Positions 31,393 to 40,247 of a DNA stretch of 64,000 nt are shown here, piece by piece. This DNA is from an uncultured Bacteroidota bacterium. Lineage in GTDB: Bacteria > Bacteroidota > Ignavibacteria > Palsa-1295. The position numbers and the translations under genes are program-made. The stretch is from assembly GCA_963702215.1 (NCBI GenBank), contig OY969726.1, positions 1,809,533 to 1,873,532 of the forward strand. Reading direction: 5' to 3'. The notes beneath the pieces are model-generated. The model was not told where the DNA came from and did no database searches. It was given only the letters and a program-made list of their open reading frames with translations. Numbering within the stretch: position 1 is the stretch's first letter; every line of letters starts with the position of its first letter.

Positions 31393-32682
31393 TTAGAAAT
31401 CGAAGAATAATCCGGCATTTAGTTCAGTATTGAAACTCGGGCCGACTGACGCGACCGCGTTCGAAATCGCGAGACCGCCTGGCGCCGATTGAATCGCCGC
31501 CTGCTTTTCGGCGCTTAAGTCGTAGGTGAAACGCATGACCCGAATTCCAAAATCGGTTCCCATCTCTTCGGAGATATTGTAGTGGAAGCCCACTTCGCCA
31601 AAGAGCATGCGCCCCAGATTTGCCCATCCGTAGCCGCCCCCCAGCGTGAGATCGGTGGCGGCAAAGGCCGGTAGATGAAGCTCTGCCATGGCAGCAACAT
31701 ACGTGGTCTGTTTGTGCACGGTATCGGCCTGCAGCACATCCTGCGATAGCGGAATGTATTGCGACTGCGGATCGCCCTGCTGTACGGAAAGTTCTTTCGT
31801 TGTCACACTTGCCGAGCCGTATCCACCGCCGACCCAGACCAAGTTGGAATGCGGCAGCAACTGGAAGAAGGCCGAGATCGAAGAATTGGTGATGAGCGGC
31901 CAGGAAACATTCGTCATAGCATTGTTTGGAAACTGACGCCCAAAGCTTTCATCGACACGGAGTTCGAAGCGTTGCAGTAAGCTCGTATGAGCTGCGCGGA
32001 TTGCCTCGGTGTGATGAAAGATCGGCTTGATTCCGCCGCCATCCCCGCCGATTCGGTTTTTGAGGACAATGGGCTGCTGGCTTTGAGGGGTGATGCTTGC
32101 GATCATTGGCACTTCGTTCACAGGCTGATCGGACAGATCAGGCTGATTAGTCCGTTGAACCACATTGGACATGACTCCCGCGGCATGGGGCTGCATCAAC
32201 GCTGCCAATGGTGCAGGAACAACATTCCGTCGGAGCATTTTGTGATACACCGGAGTATTCGTTTCCACATCCGCCGAGGCCTGAGTTGTTGCAGGCGTAG
32301 GAGAATGAATTTCGACAATTTTCGTATGCACCGGAGCATTTCGTACGCCGGCAAAATAGCCGATTCCTATTCCAGCGAACAAAGTTACGGCGCTGGCGAT
32401 CGCACGAGCCCCGTGGAACGAATTCGCTAGGATACCTCCCGCGTTCGTTTCGACTGGCACGGGGATGAGCGCCGGCTCTGCCGCCGAGGGCGCCGGCATC
32501 ACCTCGTCCAATCGTTCCCACAGCCGCTGCTCGGCTTCGTAGGGAACCTGAAGCGATTTGCTGTCGCGCGCCAGAAGCGTGCGCTGATCCATAAAACCGC
32601 GCAGTACACCCCGCTTTTCCGGCGAGACGGAGAGGGTGTGGAGCAACTCCGCTTCATCATCGGGATGAAGCGAGCCGTCCAT
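31393..32682 (-). CDS. putative anti-sigma factor with a C-terminal outer-membrane beta-barrel-like domain
   Basis: It lies directly downstream of the ECF sigma gene with a gap of about 50 bp. It has a cytoplasmic N-terminus, a single TM segment (AIASAVTLFAGIGIGYFAG), and a C-terminal region of about 170 aa with alternating-hydrophobic strands that ends in ...NAGLFFDF (a terminal Phe, as in OMP beta-barrels). Confidence 0.5.
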   Translation of the reverse strand: MDGSLHPDDEAELLHTLSVSPEKRGVLRGFMDQRTLLARDSKSLQVPYEAEQRLWERLDEVMPAPSAAEPALIPVPVETNAGGILANSFHGARAIASAVTLFAGIGIGYFAGVRNAPVHTKIVEIHSPTPATTQASADVETNTPVYHKMLRRNVVPAPLAALMQPHAAGVMSNVVQRTNQPDLSDQPVNEVPMIASITPQSQQPIVLKNRIGGDGGGIKPIFHHTEAIRAAHTSLLQRFELRVDESFGRQFPNNAMTNVSWPLITNSSISAFFQLLPHSNLVWVGGGYGSASVTTKELSVQQGDPQSQYIPLSQDVLQADTVHKQTTYVAAMAELHLPAFAATDLTLGGGYGWANLGRMLFGEVGFHYNISEEMGTDFGIRVMRFTYDLSAEKQAAIQSAPGGLAISNAVASVGPSFNTELNAGLFFDF

Positions 32683-32731
32683 AAAAATCTAAGATGCGAT
32701 CGTTCAATGTCATAAAAATCTCCGCGCACCG

Positions 32732-33400
32732 TTATGCGCCATAATGCTCCTTATAATAGGGAGTTAGAATTTCTCGTAGTTTTCCTTTCGCTCGATAGAG
32801 CCGGCTTTTGATCGAAGGAATTGTGGTGTGCAATACTTCCGTCATTTCCGAATAGGTCATTCCCTCATATTCGCGCAGGAGGATAATCTCGCGATATTCC
32901 ACCGGCAGCAGCGCCATCGCGCGCGCGATTACTTCCTGCCAATCTTCCCCGATGGCGCCTTCCGGAGGAACGGGAAGATCGACATCGTCGATGGAATCCT
33001 GTGGCTTGCGGTCGCGCACTTTATTCAGGCAAAGATTATGCGCAATCGTAAAAATCCAACCGCTCAAGCTTCGCTCTTCGGTAAAACTATCGGCGTGGGT
33101 ATAAACCCGGTAAAATACTTCCTGAAAAAGATCCTCGGCATCCTGTTCGTTAGCGAGCACGCGAAGCGCGTAGGCATAAACACGCTCACGGTAGCGCAAA
33201 TACAGCTTGGTGAACGCCTCGCGCGCGCGCGCCGCGCCGCTTTCGCGGTGCGAATCGACTCCGCTTTCGGCCACGGCGCGGTTCGTCAGGAATTCGCGGA
33301 AAAGCGCAAGGTCTTCCGCATTTTCCCGATCCCGATCCCGGCCGGATGATCGCTCATCCGCACGATTCGCGGCGGGCGGCTTGAATTCGAGGGTCTCCAT
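32732..33400 (-). CDS. ECF-type RNA polymerase sigma-70 factor
   Basis: Region 2 is LYLRYRERVYAYALRVL...DAEDLFQEVFYRVY. Region 4 is the helix-turn-helix motif YREIILLREYEGMTYSEMTEVLHTTIPSIKSRLYRAKGKL. Confidence 0.9.
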   Translation of the reverse strand: METLEFKPPAANRADERSSGRDRDRENAEDLALFREFLTNRAVAESGVDSHRESGAARAREAFTKLYLRYRERVYAYALRVLANEQDAEDLFQEVFYRVYTHADSFTEERSLSGWIFTIAHNLCLNKVRDRKPQDSIDDVDLPVPPEGAIGEDWQEVIARAMALLPVEYREIILLREYEGMTYSEMTEVLHTTIPSIKSRLYRAKGKLREILTPYYKEHYGA

Positions 33401-33578
33401 CTAAAGGGAGAACACACGGAAATGGCAGAAGTTGCGCGGAAAGATTGTTAAAAATCTGGTCCGCGAGCGGGGTTACCGACCTGCCCAAATTGAATGGGGC
33501 CACCGCCGTCCCCCCTCTCGGATAAAATTTTGCGTTTCCGAACCAAAATCGAATTTTCTTGTAACTTTCCAGCGAAAA

Positions 33579-34214
33579 ATGAATTCTATAAGCATGAACA
33601 CACCCATATTTCGATCTCTGGCCCTCATGGCTTGCGCAGCGGCGCTCGCCACATCCGGCTGCGCTCCCTCGACGAGCTCCACATCCTCGAACAGCTTTTC
33701 AAATCCCGACGCCAAATACACGGCGAACGTCTCGCAGCTATACCAACTCGTGCCCTATGGAACATTTGGCTCCTGGAGTGGGATCGATCTGAAGTGGAAG
33801 GACTCGGCGACCGGAGAAATTCGGTCGCTCTCCGGCGATGCGGGCAAAGTGCTGTTACTTACCTTTTGGGTGACCCGACCAGATACCGGTGCATGGGAAG
33901 TGCCCTCGCTCGATTCGGTGCAAGCCGATTTGGGCGACAGTGTGCGAATCGTTACCGTTGCGGAGGACGATAATTATCCCGATAATTTTCAGAGCGTCTC
34001 CGCTTATGTCTCCGCGCATAATCTTCATTCCGAGGTCATCCTCGATACCACCGAGTTTGCCCATATCCAATATGGCGAGCAGGTTAGCACCGATCTTGGC
34101 CTGCCGGAGACGTTCGTAATCGGGCCAAGTGGATATTCTTCGAATCCGGAGGCCGTCCTTGGCTATTATTCTTCGCATCAGCTCAATAGCCTCGTCCGTG
34201 CGAAGTATCATTAA
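33579..34214 (+). CDS. lipoprotein with a thioredoxin/redoxin-like fold (TlpA-like but lacking CXXC)
   Basis: The start at 33579 gives the signal MNSISMNTPIFRSLALMACAAALATSGC. The segment GKVLLLTFWVTRPDTG lines up with the TlpA motif VLLNFWATWCGPC but has no cysteines. Confidence 0.45.
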   Translation: MNSISMNTPIFRSLALMACAAALATSGCAPSTSSTSSNSFSNPDAKYTANVSQLYQLVPYGTFGSWSGIDLKWKDSATGEIRSLSGDAGKVLLLTFWVTRPDTGAWEVPSLDSVQADLGDSVRIVTVAEDDNYPDNFQSVSAYVSAHNLHSEVILDTTEFAHIQYGEQVSTDLGLPETFVIGPSGYSSNPEAVLGYYSSHQLNSLVRAKYH

Positions 34215-34250
34215 CGCAGTCGTGCACGTCCAGTCAGCGAAAACAAATCA

Positions 34251-34457
34251 CTACTCGCGCTTATGGCGCGATTCCCTCAAATGCTTGAGCAGCGACTCCC
34301 GGCCGGATTCCACCGCGCGGTGAAGATCGGCGCGGCGCTTTAGGCGTAGCGCTGCGGCAGTAACCGCCAGAACCCCGGCGGAGCCAAGCGCCACATATTC
34401 CGGCCAGCCGCCGCTAACATCGACGAGGGCGCCCAGGACCGACAGCACGAAAAACAC
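34251..34457 (-). CDS. small membrane protein, truncated tandem paralog of 34544-34807
   Basis: 68 aa. It aligns with the downstream half of the neighbouring 87-aa protein, and the two share the C-terminal motif SLLKHLRESRHKRE. Confidence 0.4.
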   Translation of the reverse strand: MFFVLSVLGALVDVSGGWPEYVALGSAGVLAVTAAALRLKRRADLHRAVESGRESLLKHLRESRHKRE

Positions 34458-34543
34458 TCCGAGACAGATCAGCGCGGCGGCATTCAGAACGGGTTATGGT
34501 TGAGCGAGCTATCATGGTATGGGATCGAATCCTCCTTTGCAAA

Positions 34544-34807
34544 TCACCACTCCCGCTTGTGGCGAAGTTCCCACAGGTGCTTCAGAAGCGAATCGCTGCT
34601 GGATTTCACCTCGCGACTACTTTCCGCGCGGCGGCGCAACTTCAGAAATGCGGCGAGAAAAATAAGCGAACATGCGACCCCAATAATGCTGTATTCCATC
34701 CAGCCCGTCTCGCCCCTGAAGACCCGCATAATCGAAAGGACGAGATAGATCGCAGCGAGCAACAATGCCGCCGCGATAATTCGATTGATGGTGATTCGGG
34801 AAATCAT
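34544..34807 (-). CDS. small two-TM membrane protein with a basic C-terminal tail
   Basis: 87 aa with two hydrophobic helices followed by KLRRRAESSREVKSSSDSLLKHLWELRHKREW. It is duplicated in tandem. Confidence 0.5.
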   Translation of the reverse strand: MISRITINRIIAAALLLAAIYLVLSIMRVFRGETGWMEYSIIGVACSLIFLAAFLKLRRRAESSREVKSSSDSLLKHLWELRHKREW

Positions 34808-34834
34808 TAAGAATGCGGGATTTCAAGACGAAGA

Positions 34835-35044
34835 TTAAGGGACGGGATCGAATCCGCCGTTATGGAATGGATGGCATTTGCTTACGCGCTTCATGCCCAT
34901 CCAGCTTCCCAAAAACACGCCATATTTCGCGATCGCCTGCGCCGTGTATTCCGAACACGTCGGGGTAAATCGGCACGAAGGCGGAAACAGCGGAGAAACG
35001 AGCCGCTGATACAAGCGAATCACGAAGATGAGTATGGTGCGCAT
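34835..35044 (-). CDS. yidD: membrane protein insertion efficiency factor YidD
   Basis: 69 aa with the canonical motifs [23 protein letters not shown]...[13 protein letters not shown]. Confidence 0.9.
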   Translation of the reverse strand: MRTILIFVIRLYQRLVSPLFPPSCRFTPTCSEYTAQAIAKYGVFLGSWMGMKRVSKCHPFHNGGFDPVP

Positions 35045-35075
35045 GATCTAAACCATGTTCATTACAAAAGAAGAT

Positions 35076-35489
35076 TCAGACTCGTTTCTTCAATTGCTCT
35101 TTGATATTTCGAACGTCTTCAAGAACGGCGGCCCAGGTTACTTCCCGAATAGGTTTGGAAATTCGCATCATGAGAAGAATTTGTTCGCTATTCGCGACTA
35201 CTTTTTCTTCGAGTTCCAAAAATTCGGCTTTTGTAATCGCGGCGCGAAGCCATCGCTTCATTTTGTTGCGATCATGTGCTCGCTTATAGGAACGTTTCGG
35301 AGCCAGAAGCAGGAACCGAATTCCCGCATCCCCTGCGGGCAGCGGACGTTTTGCCCAGGCACTTTCCAAAATGGATGAGCGATCATTCAGCGAAGACAGG
35401 CGAATCCATTTCCGGTTCGCAAAAAACCATGCGATATTTTCGCGGCCTGCTAAGGAATGCCGGCGATCGAGTGTGAGTCGGGAACCCAT
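35076..35489 (-). CDS. rnpA: ribonuclease P protein component
   Basis: The basic RnpA core is FLLLAPKRSYKRAHDRNKMKRWLRAA. It lies between rpmH and yidD, as in the canonical rpmH-rnpA-yidD arrangement. Confidence 0.8.
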   Translation of the reverse strand: MGSRLTLDRRHSLAGRENIAWFFANRKWIRLSSLNDRSSILESAWAKRPLPAGDAGIRFLLLAPKRSYKRAHDRNKMKRWLRAAITKAEFLELEEKVVANSEQILLMMRISKPIREVTWAAVLEDVRNIKEQLKKRV

Positions 35490-35549
35490 GAAAAAAGGAT
35501 GACGGATGAACGCCACAGGGCATAACCCTCATCCTTCACCCTTCATCCC

Positions 35550-35702
35550 TCAGCCTTTTCTTTCGTCGGAGACGGTAAGCTTGTGCCGGCCTTTGGCGCG
35601 GCGAGAGGCCAGCACGCGGCGGCCGTTTTTCGTCGCCATCCGTGAGCGGAATCCATGTTTGTTGGCGCGGCGGCGCCGGCTGGGTTGGTAGGTACGTTTC
35701 AT
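35550..35702 (-). CDS. rpmH: 50S ribosomal protein L34
   Basis: Manual translation of the minus strand gives [50 protein letters not shown]. This gene is not in the ORF track because it is shorter than 60 aa. Confidence 0.88.
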   Translation of the reverse strand: MKRTYQPSRRRRANKHGFRSRMATKNGRRVLASRRAKGRHKLTVSDERKG

Positions 35703-36113
35703 ATTGAGTCCTTAAAGTTCGGAGTCCTTCGGACTCGCTTCAAATTCGGCGCGGCAAACAGCAACCGGCCGCGAAATGGTTCAGGCCAAGCGCAAAGAGC
35801 GGATGAGGGGCCGGACCAGCTCAAAAAAATCCCAGAAAGCTACTCCAAACCATGCGCGCGCGTTCGTGCTTCATGAACTATGCCGATTCAAAGCCAATTT
35901 CGCCGTTTTTTAAACTGTGGTAACTTTTAAACTCACTTTTTCGAGGGTGGTTTTGAAAAACTTAGAAAAGTAGTTTTCACTACAGCCTTGCCTGCGGACA
36001 CTAATCCGCGACTTGTTAGAACCTCAATTTGGCGAGATTAATTGGATTCCGATCATCGTTATAGCAAAACATCTCATTAATCTCGAAAATCGCGCGAATC
36101 GCGCTTCAGGAAA

Positions 36114-36803
36114 ATGGAAATCGTCATTATCACCGGCGGCACGAAAGGGCTGGGCCGCGCTTCCGTTAAAAAATGGCTGGGGGAAGGCTGGCGCGTCGCT
36201 ACCTGCGCGCGCGACGAAGCAGATCTCGCCCGACTGGAAGAAGAACTCAACACTCCTAACCTGCTCACGCAGGCGCTGGATATTTCGGAAACGAACTCCG
36301 TACACGGTTTTGTCGAGCGGGTGCTGGGGATGTGGTCCGCAGTCGATGTGCTCATCAATAACGCGAGCATATTGGGACCACGCGACACCATCGAAGAGTA
36401 TTCCGAAGAAACATGGCGCGAGGTAATGGATATCAATCTCAATGGGTCGTTTTATTTCGCCAAAGCCGTGCTGCGGCCAATGTTGGAAGTGCGTTCCGGT
36501 GTTATTATCAACGTGACGAGCGGCGTAGGAATCGTTGGGCCGAAGCGGTGGGGAGCTTACTGCGCAAGCAAATTCGCCATCGAAGGATTTACGCAGGTGC
36601 TGCAGAATGAACTGCTGGACTCGCATATTCGCGTCCACGCCTTCGATCCCGGCGCGATGCGAACCGATATGCGCCGCGCCGCCTATCCCCAGGAAGACCC
36701 CACGCAGCATCCCACCCCCGAAGCCGTCGCCCGCGTCCTCTTCAATGTCGCCGCCGTGTATGAACCGACGATGTGTCGGCTCAATGTCAGCGATTATCTG
36801 TGA
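36114..36803 (+). CDS. short-chain dehydrogenase/reductase (SDR) family oxidoreductase
   Basis: It has the Rossmann motif ITGGTKGLGRA, NNASILGP, and the catalytic S...YxxxK region (YCASKFAIEGF). Confidence 0.85.
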   Translation: MEIVIITGGTKGLGRASVKKWLGEGWRVATCARDEADLARLEEELNTPNLLTQALDISETNSVHGFVERVLGMWSAVDVLINNASILGPRDTIEEYSEETWREVMDINLNGSFYFAKAVLRPMLEVRSGVIINVTSGVGIVGPKRWGAYCASKFAIEGFTQVLQNELLDSHIRVHAFDPGAMRTDMRRAAYPQEDPTQHPTPEAVARVLFNVAAVYEPTMCRLNVSDYL

Positions 36804-36845
36804 GTAGCGTTCCTGAGGAAACTGCTCCAAAGCGTGTGTGTGTAA

Positions 36846-36862
36846 ATTCATAATTCATAGAA
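36846..36862. repeat. partial copy of the heptamer-array repeat arm
   Basis: AAATTCATAATTCATAG matches the right-arm core CTTCATAATTCATAG of copy 2. It sits in an AT-rich intergenic region that also carries the AATTCCTAATTC/G tandem. Confidence 0.35.
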
Positions 36863-36987
36863 AACTATCTAAATCGTCCATAATCGCCATTTCGAGTTCC
36901 ACAGTTCATGAAAAGACCTCCTTTCCTTTTTCAATGAGCCAAGCACCGAATTCCTAATTCTCAATTCCTAATTGCTAATTGAAATAG

Positions 36988-37248
36988 GTGCCTATCAAAA
37001 CACCATACAATATAATACCTATTTTGCCGGATGGTTCGAAATCCGAAAGATATAATATTGCGGGCACCTACCCTCGCGTCCGGGTCGCGGTGAATAGCCC
37101 GAAAGCCACGCCGTTTTTTCCCGGCGGCCTCAAAGCCGATATCGAGGAACTTTTAGGTTCTGAAATCGACATCGTAACCGAAAACGCCCTTCATCAACTT
37201 ATTCGGAACCAAATTTTGCGCGACGCCCGACCAGTCTTAATGCTTTGA
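36988..37248 (+). CDS. degenerate nucleotidyltransferase (MNT-type) domain protein/fragment
   Basis: The C-terminal half matches small nucleotidyltransferases (LKADIEELLGSEIDIVTENALHQLIRNQILRDARPV). The catalytic GS...DxD segment appears to be deleted (RVAVNSPKATP where RVAVFGSYARGEATP is expected). Confidence 0.35.
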   Translation: MPIKTPYNIIPILPDGSKSERYNIAGTYPRVRVAVNSPKATPFFPGGLKADIEELLGSEIDIVTENALHQLIRNQILRDARPVLML

Positions 37249-37471
37249 AAAAATGATGGTTACTTGCGCGGAAGGATCGCTCCAGTCAATGCTCAGGGTT
37301 GTCGAGCTTTGCCCGTAAAATCGTTCCGTCCACTGCTCTTGCGAGCTAAAATATGCATTCCTCACCAGCGGGCCACGCGCTTCGAACACCACATCCGAGT
37401 CTGACTGACTTCTAAAAGGAACCTGATAGAAATCACAACCCGCCGAACCACTACTCGATCTATTGGAACCA

Positions 37472-38401
37472 TTATTGGGAGAGATCGAGAACGTCAGAAC
37501 CAGAGTTCCCACCTAAAACACTCAATATCATAGTCGTGTTGCTGTCAACTCCTCCGCCACAAGACCATTCAAAACTCCCGGAAGATCCCGAACTCGAATC
37601 GTACCAACTGTACTGTGTATCCATCTCGAATTGAAAATCATTCCACGTGAGCGGTTTGTAAATGAAGGCCATTTCCGGGCTAAGTGGCTGGGGGTCCATG
37701 CCTGACTCTGTGCTTATGAGCCGGCCAGCGCACAAGACGGTTGCAAACCGCATTTCATTCAACAATGCCAAATCAAAATGACGGGCAACAACATGCACCG
37801 AATCGATTTGGGAACCGAGTAAAATATGGTTTACTGTATCATCGAGTTCAACACGAACAGTGTAGTTTCCCGGCGTAAGGTACCAGTGCAAGATGCTACT
37901 TTGTCGAGACGAAACGCTTGCGCTATCTCCCAGCGTCCACGTATATTTCCACGCTGAGCGGAGTGGTTGGGAACTCGCAACGCTCATCACGCACGAATCG
38001 CCCCAATAAACGGTATCAGGAACGGTCAGCGTAAGCGTTGGCGCATTCAGCGGCATCACCGGAAGCTGCGCGGTTTGCTTCGCAATCGTCTCCCCCGTGC
38101 TATCGACTAAAGTTACCCGAACACTGTAGGTCCCGGCCGAATCATAAACGTGGGAGATGCTGCTATCCGCGGTTGTGTCGCGCGAAGAATCGCCGAACTG
38201 CCACTGGAATTTCCAGGAGGATTTTATCGAATCGGAATAATGGACGCGAAATACCGCCGTATCGAACGCACGCGCCGACTCCGGCAAAATAATCGTTAGC
38301 GTTGCCGGCGGCGGCGCGGGAACCGAAGCCGTCGGAGCTTTGCAGGAGGCCAGCAGCGCAAGCAGCGAGAGAACGACGAGTGAGGCTATGCGATATTTCA
38401 T
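37472..38401 (-). CDS. secreted lipoprotein with PKD repeats
   Basis: The signal and lipobox are MKYRIASLVVLSLLALLASC. There are two PKD-like repeats (WKFQWQFGDSS...GTYSVRVTLVD and WKYTWTLGDSAS...GNYTVRVELDD). The overlapping ORF at 37237-37512 may be its frameshifted 3' extension. Confidence 0.65.
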   Translation of the reverse strand: MKYRIASLVVLSLLALLASCKAPTASVPAPPPATLTIILPESARAFDTAVFRVHYSDSIKSSWKFQWQFGDSSRDTTADSSISHVYDSAGTYSVRVTLVDSTGETIAKQTAQLPVMPLNAPTLTLTVPDTVYWGDSCVMSVASSQPLRSAWKYTWTLGDSASVSSRQSSILHWYLTPGNYTVRVELDDTVNHILLGSQIDSVHVVARHFDLALLNEMRFATVLCAGRLISTESGMDPQPLSPEMAFIYKPLTWNDFQFEMDTQYSWYDSSSGSSGSFEWSCGGGVDSNTTMILSVLGGNSGSDVLDLSQ

Positions 38402-38511
38402 ATCCGCCCTTTTTGTTCCACAGCTCAAACAGCGATCGAGTGGGATAATTCGCATGGGACAAATTATTGACCTAATGCAGCCGTGATCTCTACCGCCGAA
38501 CGAAGCCCCGC

Positions 38512-39309
38512 GTGCGAAGCGTTTGGGATGCGGTGAATATCTTAGTTACGAACGACGATGGCATCGACTCCCGCGGGATTTACGAACTCGTGCTCGCGCT
38601 CCGCGAAATTGGCGATGTGATCGTGATGGCGCCGCTGGGGGAGCAATCGGCGGTGGGGCATGCGCTGACAGTGAGTCTGCCCTTGCGCGTAACCGAGTTT
38701 CATAAAAACGGGAAGTTTTTCGGCTTCGCCGTAAGTGGCACACCGGCGGACTGCGTGAAGCTCGCGCTGCGCACGTTCCTCGATGAACGCAAGTTGCCGC
38801 GGCCCGACATTGTCGTCAGCGGCATCAATCATGGTCGAAACACCGCCGTCAATATTATTTATTCCGGCACGGTAAGCGCGGCCACGGAAGCGACCGTGCT
38901 CGATGTACCGGCCATCGCGGTTTCGCTTACGAGTTATTATCCCGATGCGGATTTCGGCGCGGCTGCCGAATTTATGCGCCGCTTTACGCCGCACGTTGCG
39001 GCGCTCGGCCTGCCGAAGGGAACGTTACTCAACGTAAACGTTCCGCCTCTTCCGCTTGCAGAAATTCAGGGTATCGCGTACACCAAACAAGGCGCTTCCT
39101 ACTGGGAGGACGAATTCGAGAAGCGCGTCGATCCGCAGGAGCGGCCGTATTACTGGCTCAAGGGCCGCTACATTCTGGAAGACCGTGAGGATGACATCGA
39201 TGACATCGCCATCCGGGAACGGAAGATTAGCATTACTCCGATCCACTACGACCTCACGAATTACGATTTTTTACAAAAGTTACGGAGCGCGTGGCCGAAA
39301 GAATTTTAG
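38512..39309 (+). CDS. surE: 5'/3'-nucleotidase SurE
   Basis: It has the N-terminal metal-binding motif NILVTNDDGIDSRGI and GINHGRN, with length typical of SurE. Confidence 0.9.
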   Translation: MRSVWDAVNILVTNDDGIDSRGIYELVLALREIGDVIVMAPLGEQSAVGHALTVSLPLRVTEFHKNGKFFGFAVSGTPADCVKLALRTFLDERKLPRPDIVVSGINHGRNTAVNIIYSGTVSAATEATVLDVPAIAVSLTSYYPDADFGAAAEFMRRFTPHVAALGLPKGTLLNVNVPPLPLAEIQGIAYTKQGASYWEDEFEKRVDPQERPYYWLKGRYILEDREDDIDDIAIRERKISITPIHYDLTNYDFLQKLRSAWPKEF

Positions 39310-39342
39310 AGCAAGCCGGAGCTTGCTCTTACTCCACTAGTT

Positions 39343-40206
39343 ATGTTCATCTTCCGCGAAACACTTCGGTTCCTTCGCCATCATTTCGGATGGTGGCTCA
39401 TGGCGTGTATAACGCTCGGGGTGGCCCTGGGCGTGAGCGGGCTTTTTGCGCTCCTCGCATGGCGTGCGCATTCGGCGATGGCGGAACTCCGTGCGAATCT
39501 CGCCATTGAAGCTTTTTTCGATCCAGGTATTTCCTCTGGTGACGCGGCAGCCATTGCGCAATCCACCATCGAGTCTCTTCCCGGAGTTTCACGAGTCATC
39601 TTCATTTCGAAAGAGCAGGCGCTGCGAGATTATACAACCTCTTCCGGCGAGGACGTCGCGAACGTGCTGGGAATGAATCCGTTGCCCGCGAGCGTGAAGA
39701 TTTATCTTAGAGATCCGAGCGCGAAATCGGCCGAATCGACGGAGGCAGCGCTTCGCGCTGTACAAAAGATCGAGGAGGTGCGCGGGAATTATTCGCTCCT
39801 TCAAACGATGGAATCGCGTTCACGCGTGCTCGACAACATCGCGATTCTTCTATCTTCCTTGCTTCTTCTCTCTGCGTTGTTTTATGCGCTGCTGGCGGGC
39901 CGTCATAGTTTCGAAATCTCTCGCGACACACTCCGAACCTTCGATCTTTTGGGCGCCACGCGCTTTGCATCCATTGCTCCGATTACCATCGCAACCGCCG
40001 CGGCCGGCCTCGCGGGCGGCACATTGGGGTGGGCGCTTACCTGGGCTGCAAGCAAGCAGGCCGTAAGGTTCCTCGATCCGGCGCTCACCGTATCGCTTTC
40101 GGGGGCCGAATCATTCGTGTGGCTGGGCGTGCTCGCGGGTGCGGGATTTATTATTGGAACGCTCGGTGCTGTGCTCTCGGCCTCCCGCCGGAATATTTTT
40201 GAGTAG
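39343..40206 (+). CDS. ftsX: FtsX-like permease (cell-division ABC transporter permease family)
   Basis: 287 aa. TM1 is followed by a periplasmic domain of about 100 aa and then three C-terminal TM helices, matching the FtsX/LolC-type topology. No ftsE gene is adjacent. Confidence 0.7.
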   Translation: MFIFRETLRFLRHHFGWWLMACITLGVALGVSGLFALLAWRAHSAMAELRANLAIEAFFDPGISSGDAAAIAQSTIESLPGVSRVIFISKEQALRDYTTSSGEDVANVLGMNPLPASVKIYLRDPSAKSAESTEAALRAVQKIEEVRGNYSLLQTMESRSRVLDNIAILLSSLLLLSALFYALLAGRHSFEISRDTLRTFDLLGATRFASIAPITIATAAAGLAGGTLGWALTWAASKQAVRFLDPALTVSLSGAESFVWLGVLAGAGFIIGTLGAVLSASRRNIFE

Positions 40207-40247
40207 AAGCATTGAACCGAGCCGCCCGCGCATCCGTTTAAATCCGC

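Noticed and set aside
36024-36851. 275-aa minus-strand ORF
   Set aside because: It lies entirely antisense to the well-supported SDR gene (36114-36803). Its composition is Gly/Arg/His-rich junk typical of shadow ORFs in GC-rich DNA.
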